A stretch of DNA of 64,000 bases, from the NCBI GenBank assembly GCA_965226885.1, contig CBDDEL010000016.1:128001-192000 (forward strand), in the 5' to 3' direction. The first letter of the stretch is position 1; every line of letters begins with the position of its first letter. Source of the DNA: Opitutales bacterium. GTDB taxonomy: Bacteria; Verrucomicrobiota; Verrucomicrobiia; Opitutales; UBA2987. Below are positions 43,176 to 54,507 of the stretch, in pieces. The translations under genes and the position numbers were made by a program. The notes under the pieces were generated by a model. That model was not told the DNA's origin and made no database searches. It worked only from the letters and a program-made list of their open reading frames with translations.

Positions 43176-44503
43176 TGACGTGTACTGGATTTGTTGGACA
43201 CGGGATTCTCTTATATTCATTGTTTATTGATTAGTGTGTCAGGCGGCTTGTTTTGGTAAAGGGTTTTGTTTTCTCGTTGCCCCCCATGGGGGGCAAATAT
43301 TTTCCTCGAATTGGACTGGGCTTTGGTAACTCAGAGAGGAATGTTTGCGATATCGGTTGTAGAAGATTTCCACGTATTCGAAGACAGTTGATCGCAGTTC
43401 GCGCTCGTCGGCAAAGTGGCGGCCTCGAATCGTGCTGGTCTTGAAGCGGCCGTAGAACGATTCCATGGCCGCGTTGTCGTAGCAGTTGCCTTGGGCGCTC
43501 ATGCTCGGCTTCATGCCTAGTTCAGAGACCAGCCTCTGATAGTCGTCGCTGGCGTAGGGGCTGCCCCGATCGCTGTGATGAATAATCCCGGTGCGCAGTG
43601 TGCCGCGGGTCATGGCCGCGGCTTTGAGGGCCTTGCCAACCAGCTTCGCGTCGTTGTGGTTGGAAACGCTCCAGCCCAGCAGGCGTCGGCTGAACAGGTC
43701 CATCACCGTGGCCAAGTACATCCAACCGGCCAGGGTCCGTAGGTAGGTCGTGTCCGCCACCCAGACCTCGTCGATATGGGTCGGCTGGCCATGCTTTTTA
43801 AGCACATTGGGGCTGTAACCATAGGGATGGTTACTGTTGGTTTTTAATGGCTTAAAGCGTTTACTCTGGGTGCTTTTGATTCCCATTTCACGCATCAGAC
43901 GCAGAGCCCGGTCACGGCCGCAATCGATGCCCTCATCATCCTTCAGATGGCGGTGCATTGGCCGATGCCCATAGCGGCCCTTGGCCTCTTTGTGTACCTT
44001 CAGGATCGCCCCCTTGATTCCCTCGTCCTCGATCCGCCGGGCCGAGGGCGCTCGGTGCCTCCAGCAGTAATAGCCACTGCGACAAATCCCCATCGCCGAG
44101 CATATTTCCTCGATCTTGAAGCGCCCCTCGTTGTCTTTGACAAACTGGTACTTCATTGTTCGTCCTTGGCAAAGTAGCCCACCGTTTTTTTTAGTATCTG
44201 GTTGATCCGCTCCGAGCGGCGCAGCTCTTTGCGAAGACGATCTATCTCGGCCGCCATCTCCTTCGGACTGCTCTGTCGCTTTGAGGTGGCTTCGCCCTGC
44301 TGATCGTCCAGATAGAGCCTCTTCCACCTATACAATTGGTTGGTGTTGACCCCAAGTTTGGTCGATACCTCGGTGGCGCTCAGACCATCGAGTATCATCA
44401 GTTGAACTGCCTCATTTTTGAACTCTATACTAAAGCGTCTTCTTCCCATGCTTCGATTCTCCATTTAGGAGAATCTCGTGTCCACTTTTTCCAGTGCACA
44501 TCA
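43176..44503 (-). mobile_element. IS3-family element type B, copy 1
   Basis: IRs TGACGTGTACTGGA/TCCAGTGCACATCA; orfA ends 44153, orfB 43239-44156 (ADTTY, HSDRGS, DNA.MESF); flanks GAT/GTT mismatch. Confidence 0.95.
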
Positions 44504-44717
44504 GTTTTCTGCCGCTATATGTTTTTTGCGGTGATCAGCTGCTGGTGGCCTACCTGCGGCCGAGCAAGATCGATGCCAGCAAGCATGCCGGGGCCATCCT
44601 CAAATTGCTGGTTAAACGGATTCGCCAAAGCTGGCCCCGTACGCGGATTATTTGGCGCGCCGACAGTGGATTTTGTCGAGACCGGATACTCTCTTGGTGC
44701 GACCGCAACGAAGTTAG
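44504..44717 (+). mobile_element. Internal IS1380 fragment
   Basis: Matches the middle of the IS1380 transposase gene. Confidence 0.9.
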
Positions 44718-46284
44718 CCCGGATATTTCGTAAAAAAAGTATCGTTGATATGCTTAACTGCTGATATACAGCAGGATAGATCAATAATTAAAGCAATATC
44801 AGCGATGACAAAAGGTAAACAATTAAAGCTACAGTTGACAAGGGTAAAAGGCCGCCGTGTGCGGGTTGATTTCAAGGGCGGAGAGGTTACTTCGGATGCC
44901 GGACTGCTTTTGATCCGGGAAGTGGATCGGCAGTTGGGCTTGACCGAACGAGCGGCCCGACAGTTAGTGGACAAACGGCAGAAGGGCAAAGTACGCCATG
45001 AGGTATTGGGGATGCTGCGGCAGCGCGTTTACGGGCTGGTGGCGGGCTATGAGGATTTGAACGACTTTGATACCCTGCGCCACGATCCATTGTTGCAAAC
45101 GGTAACGGGGCGCATTGAAACGTTGGCCAGCGCGCCGACTTTGTGTCGTTTTGAAAACGGGCAGGATCGGCGGGCGGCCTTTGCGGTAAACGAGCTGTTG
45201 GTCGAACAGTTCATGGGCTCCTTTGCCGAGGAACCCGAAGAGATCATCCTGGACTTTGACGCCACCGACAATCCGGTGCACGGGCTCCAGGAGGGACGTT
45301 TTTTCCACGGTTATTATGATCATTACTGTTTTCTGCCGCTATATGTTTTTTGCGGTGATCAGCTGCTGGTGGCCTACCTGCGGCCGAGCAAGATCGATGC
45401 CAGCAAGCATGCCGGGGCCATCCTCAAATTGCTGGTTAAACGGATTCGCCAAAGCTGGCCCCGTACGCGGATTATTTGGCGCGCCGACAGTGGATTTTGT
45501 CGAGACCGGATACTCTCTTGGTGCGACCGCAACGAAGTTAGTTACATCGTGGGGATGGCTCGCAATGCACGCTTGCAGCAAGACGCCCAGCAGTTGCAAA
45601 AGCAGGCCAAAGAATGGTTCGAACTAAGGGGTAAAAAACAACGGTTATTCCAGGACTTCGTCTATGCTGCCGATTCGTGGCGATGGCTGCGGTTGGTCAT
45701 CCATAAAGCCGAACACACCGCACAGGGGTCCAACCCGCGCTTCGTGGTGACGAACCTGCCGGGCGATCCCCAGGAGCTTTACGACAAGGTATACTGTGGC
45801 CGCGGTGAAATGGAGAACCGAATCAAGGAACAGATGCAATTGTTCAGCGAGCGCACCAGCGCCCATCAATGGTGGGCCAATCAGTGGCGATTGCTCTTGT
45901 CGGCGCTGGCCTACACCTTGATGGAAGCCATGCGCCGGTTAGCCTTAAAAGGGACGAAGTGGGCGCGGGCCCAATGCCACACCCTGCGGCTCAAATTAAT
46001 CAAGATCGGAGCGGTCATCGTGCGCAACACCCGAACGATTCACTTTCACCTAAGTGAGAGTTATCCTTGGGCCAGTCTTTTCAACCATGCGGCCCGCCGA
46101 TTGGTGCCAACCTAAAGGGTGCATTGGTGCTGCCCCCGGCACTACCGAACCAATGGGGGAAAGGGGGCAGTGTCTCTACACCCTGAAAAACACCTAAAAA
46201 TCAAGACGATCTGCTCAAAATACAAAGAAATCCATCTCCAATAGCAATAACGAGCCAAACTTTACCCTTCATGAAATATCCGGG
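44718..46284 (+). mobile_element. IS1380-family element, copy 2 (intact)
   Basis: 1567 bp; flanks TTAG/CTAA. Confidence 0.95.
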
Positions 46285-46314
46285 CTAACTCCAAATCTGT
46301 TAGAATTGCTTTAG

Positions 46315-49218
46315 CCCGGATATTTCGTAAAAAAAGTATCGTTGATATGCTTAACTGCTGATATACAGCAGGATAGATCAATAATTAAAGCAATATCAGC
46401 GATGACAAAAGGTAAACAATTAAAGCTACAGTTGACAAGGGTAAAAGGCCGCCGTGTGCGGGTTGATTTCAAGGGCGGAGTGAAGTGGACGGGGTTGTTT
46501 GGACAATTTTGACGTGGGATTAAGGTGGAAATCGTGTTCATATTATTTTTTAAAAATATATTTTGTCCTTAGCCAAAGACGGGCACGCAGGTGCCCGCAA
46601 GCTGTATTGGCGGGGAGGTTGGTTTTGCTCCGATTGCATGGACTTCGGCCGGGGTCCGGTAGCCCAGGGCTTGGTGGGGGCGCAGGTGGTTGTAGAAGTC
46701 CAGGTAGCGGGCTATCCCTTCGCTGGCTTCCTTTGCCGTGGCGTATTCGCGCAGGTAAATGTCTTCATACTTGAGGGTTCTCCAAAAGCGTTCAACAAAT
46801 ATGTTGTCCAGGTAGCGGCCACGCCCGTCCATGCTGATGCGCACCCCGGCTTGCCCCAGCACCGAGGTGAACTCGCTGCCGGTAAACTGGCTGCCTTGAT
46901 CGGTGTTGAAGATTTGAGGTTGGGCCCGCCTCAGAGCTTCCTCCAGGGCGAGCACACAGAAGCGGCTCTCCAGGGTGTTGGAAAGCTGCCAGCTCAACAC
47001 GTAGCGGCTGAACCAGTCCAACACCACGGTCAAGAAAAGGAATCCTCGGCTCAGCCGCAGGTAAGTGATGTCGCTGCACCATACCTGGTCGGGCCGCTCG
47101 ACCGCCAAACCCCGCAGCAGATAAGGGAAAATGCGGTGCTGCCGGTGCCCCTGGCTCAAGTTTCGACGCGGATAAATAGCCTCCAGGCCCATTTGGCGCA
47201 TGAGCCGCTGGATGCGGCCTCGTCCCACTGCATGGCCCTCTCGACGCAGCCACTGGGTCATCCGGCGAGAACCAAAAAACGGATATTGGGTGTAGAGCTC
47301 ATCCATGCGATGCATGTAGAGAACGTTCTGCTCGCACTGGGCACGGGCCCGATAGTAATAGCTGCCGCGGGCCAGCCCCAGCAACTGACATTGCCTGCCG
47401 ATACTGATTTTTCCTTGAAGTGGTTGCACCATCTTGCGCCTCTCACCAACCGAATTGTTCAGACTTTTTTTTTAGCCAATCGCATTCTACTTTCAGCTTT
47501 CCAATCTCCTGGTAAAGGTGATCTTTTTCCGTCTCGTTGTCCTTGCTGAGAGTCTGCCGCTGGCGCGAAAACAGCTCCGTTGCTCCCTGCAAAAGCTGCT
47601 TCTTCCATTGGGTCACCTGGTTGGGATGCACCTCAAAACGACCGGCGATCTCGTTGATGGTATGAGCGCCCCTGATGGCTTCCAGGGCCACTCGGGCTTT
47701 AAACTCAGCACTGTATTGTCTTCTCTTTCGTGATTTAATAACATTCATAGGTTAGCGGATTTAGTGGTTCAAGACCACCTTATTCCACTGTCCAGTTTTC
47801 CCCGTCCATTTCAGAGAGGTTACTTCGGATGCCGGACTGCTTTTGATCCGGGAAGTGGATCGGCAGTTGGGCTTGACCGAACGAGCGGCCCGACAGTTAG
47901 TGGACAAACGGCAGAAGGGCAAAAGTACGCCATGAGGTATTGGGGATGCTGCGGCAGCGCGTTTACGGGCTGGTGGCGGGCTATGAGGATTTGAACGACT
48001 TTGATACCCTGCGCCACGATCCATTGTTGCAAACGGTAACGGGGCGCATTGAAACGTTGGCCAGCGCGCCGACTTTGTGTCGTTTTGAAAACGGGCAGGA
48101 TCGGCGGGCGGCCTTTGCGGTAAACGAGCTGTTGGTCGAACAGTTCATGGGCTCCTTTGCCGAGGAACCCGAAGAGATCATCCTGGACTTTGCCGCCACC
48201 GACAATCCGGTGCACGGGCTCCAGGAGGGACGTTTTTTCCACGGTTATTATGATCATTACTGTTTTCTGCCGCTATATGTTTTTTGCGGTGATCAGCTGC
48301 TGGTGGCCTACCTGCGGCCGAGCAAGATCGATGCCAGCAAGCATGCCGGGGCCATCCTCAAATTGCTGGTTAAACGGATTCGCCAAAGCTGGCCCCGTAC
48401 GCGGATTATTTGGCGCGCCGACAGTGGATTTTGTCGAGACCTGATACTCTCTTGGTGCGACCGCAACGAAGTTAGTTACATCGTGGGGATGGCTCGCAAT
48501 GCACGCTTGCAGCAAGACGCCCAGCAGTTGCAAAAGCAGGCCAAAGAATGGTTCGAACTAAGGGGTGAAAAACAACGGTTATTCCAGGACTTCGTCTATG
48601 CTGCCGATTCGTGGCGATGGCTGCGGTTGGTCATCCATAAAGCCGAACACACCGCACAGGGGTCCAACCCGCGCTTCGTGGTGACGAACCTGCCGGGCGA
48701 TCCCCAGGAGCTTTACGACAAGGTATACTGTGGCCGCGGTGAAATGGAGAACCGAATCAAGGAACAGATGCAATTGTTCAGCGAGCGCACCAGCGCCCAT
48801 CAATGGTGGGCCAATCAGTGGCGATTGCTCTTGTCGGCGCTGGCCTACACCTTGATGGAAGCCATGCGCCGGTTAGCCTTAAAAGGGACGAAGTGGGCGC
48901 GGGCCCAATGCCACACCCTGCGGCTCAAATTAATCAAGATCGGAGCGGTCATCGTGCGCAACACCCGAACGATTCACTTTCACCTAAGTGAGAGTTATCC
49001 TTGGGCCAGTCTTTTCAACCATGCGGCCCGCCGATTGGTGCCAACCTAAAGGGTGCATTGGTGCTGCCCCCGGCACTACCGAACCAATGGGGGAAAGGGG
49101 GCAGTGTCTCTACACCCTGAAAAACACCTAAAAATCAAGACGATCTGCTCAAAATACAAAGAAATCCATCTCCAATAGCAATAACGAGCCAAACTTTACC
49201 CTTCATGAAATATCCGGG
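46315..49218 (+). mobile_element. IS1380-family element, copy 3, interrupted by IS3-A and a +1 A near 47921
   Basis: Both IRs present; flanks TTAG/TTAA. Confidence 0.92.
46481..47813 (-). mobile_element. IS3-family element type A, copy 2 (1333 bp)
   Basis: TSD GAG within IS1380. Confidence 0.95.
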
Positions 49219-49302
49219 TTAACACTACCCCAATACAGACTGGGTTACCATAGGTTCAAGTTATATTACCATACCCGGGAAAGAGACTCAAGCTTTATAC
49301 TA

Positions 49303-51129
49303 GAGGCTGTCCCAAAAATATAAAGATTTTATAGTCAACTGGATGACGTTGATAAAAAGAGCCGGAAAGAGCAAGTTTTTGCTCGATCCGGCCAAAAAAG
49401 GGTTCTATAATTGAGTTAGCGAAAATCAATATGGCCCTTTCTATGAATTTCTATGAAAAATATAGCCATCCAATGCCTCCTGCGTCCAGCTTTAACTGTG
49501 GTCGACCGGTGCCTCGATTACGATAACTTCCGCGCCACCATTGATCGAATCGATCGGCTGCTGATCGACTCGGAGGTGGAATCGCAGGCCATTGAGCTGG
49601 CCTTGGAGGGGTGGCCGCCAATGGGTCTAAAGGCCCGGCGGCAGCGGGCCAGTTTTGCCATCAAGGCACTGCGCATGGATACGCTGGGCCGTCTGCTCGG
49701 AGGGATTTCGTTTCGGCATTTGTCGCGGGCTCTGGGCAGCAGCGATCTGTTGGCCGACTTTTGCCGTGTCCGGCAGATCGATGGCATCAGGGGCATCTCC
49801 AAAAGCACCCTGGAGCGGGCCTCGAAGTTTTTCAGCGAAGAGCAGTTGAGGGCCTTGCACCGGACCTTGACTGAGGTGGTGGGCGATGCCCTTCTGGCCC
49901 GGCAGGTGGGATTGGACAAGCCGATTGACCCCACCATTTGCCTGATCGACGGCACCTGTTTGGAGGCTAACATTCATTGGCCGACGGACTGGGTATTACT
50001 CAAGGATGTAGCCGGCACGTTGCTCAAAGCGATCCGGCTGATCCGCGAGAAGGCCGGTTTGCGCCATCGCATGCCGATCGAACCGGAGCCCTTGGCTCGG
50101 CAGATGAATCGGCTGTGCATACAGATGACCCACAGCCGGCGGCGAAAGGACAGCGCGCGGCAGCGCAAGGGTATCTTGAGGCAGATGAAAAAGCTGCTCA
50201 AACGGATCGGGGAGCATGCCCGCAGTCACCGGGAATTATTGCAAGCCTGCTGGGAGCAAAGCGATTACAGCGAAAAACAGGTCCAACAGATCCTCGCCCG
50301 GATGGAGCGCATGAGCGAGCAAATCCCGGTGGTCATCAAACAGGCGCACGAGCGGATCATTGGCGGCCGCCAGGTGAAAAACGCAGAGAAAGTCTTGAGT
50401 GTTTACGAACTCGATGGGCAGGTGATTGTGCGAGGTAAAGCGGGCCAAGAGGTCGAGTTCGGCAACACCCTGTTTTTGGGAGAAAGCGTTGAAGGGTACC
50501 TGCTGGACTGGAAACTCTACGGCAGCCGAACTCCAAGCGAAAATGAACAAATGCAAGAGAGTTTGCAAAGACAGAACCGCTTCAACCTGGAAGAACCCAT
50601 AGCGGCCATGTGCGCGGACCGGGGATTTGCCTCCCAGCGGGCCCGCCGGCAGTTAGCCCAGGAGGGAATCTACGACGCGCTCTGTCCACGCGATCCGAAG
50701 CAGTTGAAAAAACGGATGGAGGAACCACTGTTCAGACAATTGCAAAAGCGCCGGGCCAGCACCGAAGGGCGGATCGGGGTATTGAAGAATCGCTGGCAGG
50801 CCGGGCGGTTGCGCAGCAAAGGCTTTGCCAACCGCTCGATCAGCGTAGCCTGGTCGGTACTCTCGCACAACCTATGGAAAGTAGCCAAGATGCTGGCCCA
50901 GCAAGACGAACTAAAAACCAAAGCGGCGGCCTAGAGAGCGGAAAAGCAAGGACAATACTTTTTCACAGCCGTACTGTCGGCTCATACAAAGAAAACCAGG
51001 CAACCGGACCCCAAAACCAGTATCCTAACGTCATAGGAGAGCAAAGTTGATACTCTCCCAAATGCAAATACCTCTAAAATGAGCGCCTATCAAAAGCCCT
51101 CGCAAAAATCACCCTTTTGGGACAGCCTC
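49303..51129 (+). mobile_element. IS5/ISNCY-like element, copy 3; transposase 49453-50934
   Basis: 7-bp TSD TATACTA; 10 bp longer than other copies. Confidence 0.92.
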
Positions 51130-51295
51130 TATACTATGTCCTGATTGTACCGCATCCAATATTATCCTGCATTGCAAATCCTGTATCATGACACCTGACA
51201 CATTGCGGCGCCACCAGATCGTATTTTCCGCCTCGATTTCTTTGCTATAATGGTTTGACCTGAGCGAGAAAGAGCTTTTTCTCGTTGATTCCAAG

Positions 51296-52306
51296 ATGAT
51301 CATGAAAAAGAAATATACTCAAATTGCGTTCAGGCTGGCAGGTGTTGCATTGCTAATATTCACCGGATGCGGCAAATCTCAGGAACCGGCTGTGGATAAT
51401 GCCGCCGATGCCGAGGCTCAGACAGAAGACCCCGTTTCCAGCCATAGGGATCATTCGGAAACTTCTCCAACTCCCGCCCAGCCCGATGTTGATTTGGGCG
51501 AGGACGGTCAGGCGTTGAAAGCCATGGGCTACATGATCGGCCAACAGGTCGGGGTTCAGATTGGCTACAGCGAGGCCGAACTCGAATACATAATGATGGG
51601 AATCCGACATGCGTGGGAAACCGAAAATATGCCACCCAATTTGCAACAGCACCTTGATCGGGCCAAAACAATCGTGCAGAGCAAACGGGCAACCTATCTC
51701 CAAAAGCAACAGGAGAATGCCGAAAAGGATTCCATTCCCAACATTAAAGCGGGCGAAGATTTTCTGCAAGAATTGAGCGAGGATCCCGAAGTAAAAAAGA
51801 CGGCCAGCGGCCTGTATTATAAAGTCCTGCAAGCAGGCGAAGGCAAAATTCCTAAAGAAACAGACTGGGTAAAAGTAAATTACCGGGGCAGCCTGATTGA
51901 CGGCACGGAGTTCGACAGCTCCTTCAAACGCAACGCACCGGGCGAATTTGCCCTCAACCGGGTGGTCAAAGGCTGGACCGAAGGCCTCCAACTCATCGGC
52001 GAAGGAGGCAAAATCATGCTTTATGTGCCAGCCAGCCTCGGCTATGGGAACAGCCCCCGTCCGGGAGGAAAAATCAAAGCGGGAGACTTGCTCATATTTG
52101 AAATCGACCTTCTGGAAGTAACCGGTGAAAAGAAGCCGCCTCGGGGCTTACCGGCAAACATCCCGCCACCGCCCAGCGGACCGCCTCCCGGCTTCCCGCC
52201 CTCCAGAAGACCCCCGGATTTTCCCGCCAATGCGCCCAAGAAACCACCAGCCCCTCCCCCTGGAGCGACGATCCCTCAGGGCCATCCGATCGACTCGGGT
52301 TCATGA
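51296..52306 (+). CDS. FKBP-type peptidyl-prolyl isomerase (FkpA/Mip-like) lipoprotein with Pro-rich tail
   Basis: FTGC lipobox; TASGLYY, YRGSLIDGTEFDSS, GWTEGLQ. Confidence 0.9.
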   Translation: MIMKKKYTQIAFRLAGVALLIFTGCGKSQEPAVDNAADAEAQTEDPVSSHRDHSETSPTPAQPDVDLGEDGQALKAMGYMIGQQVGVQIGYSEAELEYIMMGIRHAWETENMPPNLQQHLDRAKTIVQSKRATYLQKQQENAEKDSIPNIKAGEDFLQELSEDPEVKKTASGLYYKVLQAGEGKIPKETDWVKVNYRGSLIDGTEFDSSFKRNAPGEFALNRVVKGWTEGLQLIGEGGKIMLYVPASLGYGNSPRPGGKIKAGDLLIFEIDLLEVTGEKKPPRGLPANIPPPPSGPPPGFPPSRRPPDFPANAPKKPPAPPPGATIPQGHPIDSGS

Positions 52307-52392
52307 CCTGAAACCAGGCGCAGCACCTTAAAAATAGATAAATTCAAAATTCGGCTATTCAGGCCGAAAACCGGATCAAAGACCTTTACAAG

Positions 52393-54378
52393 ATGCGTAT
52401 CTGGTTACTGGTTTCGGAATGGACTGGAAAAAACAGCGGCGGCATTGCCCGTTACGCCGCCAACTTTGCGGGGCTACTGGGGCAACAGGGTCATCAGGTA
52501 ACGGTCATTACCGGCGACCGGCATGAAAGTTTGAGTGAAGTGGGACCGGGAGTGCAACTAGTGGCCGTGGAACCCCATGCGGAAAAGTTGGTAAAAACCA
52601 TGAGCCGCCCGGCGATGTTGAGCTACCGGTTGGCTCAAACCGTTGAATCTCTGGCCCGAAGCCAACCCAAACCGGACCTGGTGGAGGTCCAGGATTACAA
52701 CGCCCTGGGCTATTTTCTGATGCTCAATCGTTTGCTGGGCAGATCGACCCTGACCAATGTTCCCGTTGCCCTGTACCTGCACTCCCCGGATTTTCGCCTG
52801 CGGCAGATCAACCGCGAAAACCGCTTCCGGCTGCCGTTTTATTGGATTGGCCGGATGGAAAAATTCTGCCTCCTGGCCGCCGATGCCATTTTGTCCCCCA
52901 GCCGGTTTTTGCCGGACGACCTGAAACAGCACCTGAACCTGCCACGAGAACCGGAGGTCATCCCCTATCCTCTGGACAACAAAGGAATCGAAACCGAACC
53001 GTGTCCCGGAATCAACGACACGATTCTATACCCCGGACGCCTGGAGGTGCGTAAAGGCATCCTTAATCTGGTCGAAGCTTGCCATTCGCTCTGGTCGGAG
53101 GGCTTGGAATTCACCCTCAAATGCATCGGCGGGGACACCGGTTACGTTCCCGAAAAAACTACGGTAGGGGATTTTATTAATAAACGCTACGGGAAATGGA
53201 TTGAATGCGGCAGGCTGATCCTGACTGGAGAAAAACCCCACGAAGCGATTATTGAGGAAATGCGTAATTCAGCCCTCGTGGTCATCCCCAGCCTATGGGA
53301 AAATTTCCCACACACCTGCATGGAGGCCATGTCGTTGGGTAAAGTCGTGGTCGCCAGCGAAAAGGGCGGGCAGGCGGAAATGATAACCGAAAACGGCCGC
53401 CACGGTTTCCTTTTCAATTGGGATAAGGAGCAAGATTTTGAGCAAAATTTACGAGCCGCCCTCAACCTTAGTCCGCAGGAACGCTTAAACATGGGCCAAT
53501 CGGCTCGGCAGCGGATTCTGGCTTTATGTCACCCGCAAAAAATAGCCGAACAAAGGATCGAGCACATGCAGAAAGTGATCGAAGACTTTCAACCCGGCGC
53601 TACCATGCCCACGGTTTACTCCCCGGCAAAAAACCTGCCAAAATCGTCCCCTGAATCATCAACACCATTGACGCCCGGCCTGGTCACGGCAGCGCTGGAG
53701 AGAACAACCCCCGAAAGTCATATGGAAAGAGAGGTGGATTGTGTTCACAAATCCGATTATAAAACCGTGGAGGTCCGGGTCATCGAAAATGGCGATGGGG
53801 AAAGCTGGAAGCGGGAAATTAAGAAAGTCCGAGGCGAATATATGCTTTTTCTGAAAACGGGCACATTGCTGGGACCGTCTTTTATCCGCAAGGGGATCGA
53901 GGCACTCAAGAGGTTGCCAAATGTTGCCTTCGTTTATTCATGGTATTTTACGGACAAGGAACGATCTAATATCAAACCGGCCTGGAATATCGACCTGCCC
54001 TATTTTTTGGTCAAAAACATGGTTGGACCCGCCGTTTTAGCCCGCACGACTGAAGTTCTCAAAGTATTGTCCGGCACGAAAAAGCTGGCCGGAATAGCGG
54101 AAATATGGCCAGCATTGATCGAATCCGGAGCCATTGGCGTGAGCCTTCCAGAGCCCTTGGCCAGCATAGATGTGCTCCCTCCATCGTCGCCGGAAGGCAC
54201 CGGCCAACCTCGACTGCATCGTGAATTTGGGTCGGATTTGAAAGAATTACGGAAAGCCAACGGCCCGGAAAATACCTGGATCGATCCATCTCTCGACTCG
54301 CTCTGGTTCAATGAAAAAAGGCGGCAAGAGAAACGCGACACCCGGTTGCCTTTCAGCCTGTGGCGCGGGAAAAAGTGA
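52393..54378 (+). CDS. GT4 glycosyltransferase with degenerate GT2-like C-terminal domain
   Basis: GGIARY, GRLEVRKG, PSLWENFP...EAM. Confidence 0.85.
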   Translation: MRIWLLVSEWTGKNSGGIARYAANFAGLLGQQGHQVTVITGDRHESLSEVGPGVQLVAVEPHAEKLVKTMSRPAMLSYRLAQTVESLARSQPKPDLVEVQDYNALGYFLMLNRLLGRSTLTNVPVALYLHSPDFRLRQINRENRFRLPFYWIGRMEKFCLLAADAILSPSRFLPDDLKQHLNLPREPEVIPYPLDNKGIETEPCPGINDTILYPGRLEVRKGILNLVEACHSLWSEGLEFTLKCIGGDTGYVPEKTTVGDFINKRYGKWIECGRLILTGEKPHEAIIEEMRNSALVVIPSLWENFPHTCMEAMSLGKVVVASEKGGQAEMITENGRHGFLFNWDKEQDFEQNLRAALNLSPQERLNMGQSARQRILALCHPQKIAEQRIEHMQKVIEDFQPGATMPTVYSPAKNLPKSSPESSTPLTPGLVTAALERTTPESHMEREVDCVHKSDYKTVEVRVIENGDGESWKREIKKVRGEYMLFLKTGTLLGPSFIRKGIEALKRLPNVAFVYSWYFTDKERSNIKPAWNIDLPYFLVKNMVGPAVLARTTEVLKVLSGTKKLAGIAEIWPALIESGAIGVSLPEPLASIDVLPPSSPEGTGQPRLHREFGSDLKELRKANGPENTWIDPSLDSLWFNEKRRQEKRDTRLPFSLWRGKK

Positions 54379-54507
54379 AAAGCGGAACATTGGCCATCCC
54401 TCGCGGTCAGGGCGCTATGCAGATCCGGTTGTTAATAAATACGTTGATTTTCCGGTTTTTTAAGCTAATGTTTAAGAGGAAAAAACAGAGAATTTTTTAA
54501 TTCATAT

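Larger units (their letters stand above)
41951..49229 (+). mobile_element. IS1-family element type B, decayed; outer shell of an IS nest
   Basis: IRs GGTAGTGTTAA/TTAACACTACC, 8-bp TSD CCAATACA; InsA-like ORF 42825-43128 (CPQCGS...CKGCG...WIKKK). Confidence 0.85.
41699..51191 (+). pseudogene. Secreted chaperone-like (Ig-fold-type) protein, interrupted twice and probably 3'-truncated
   Basis: 41699-41950 + 49238-49302 + 51137-51191 join in frame: ...HDRSNT|DWVTIGSSYITIPGKETQALY|YVLIVP... Confidence 0.65.
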
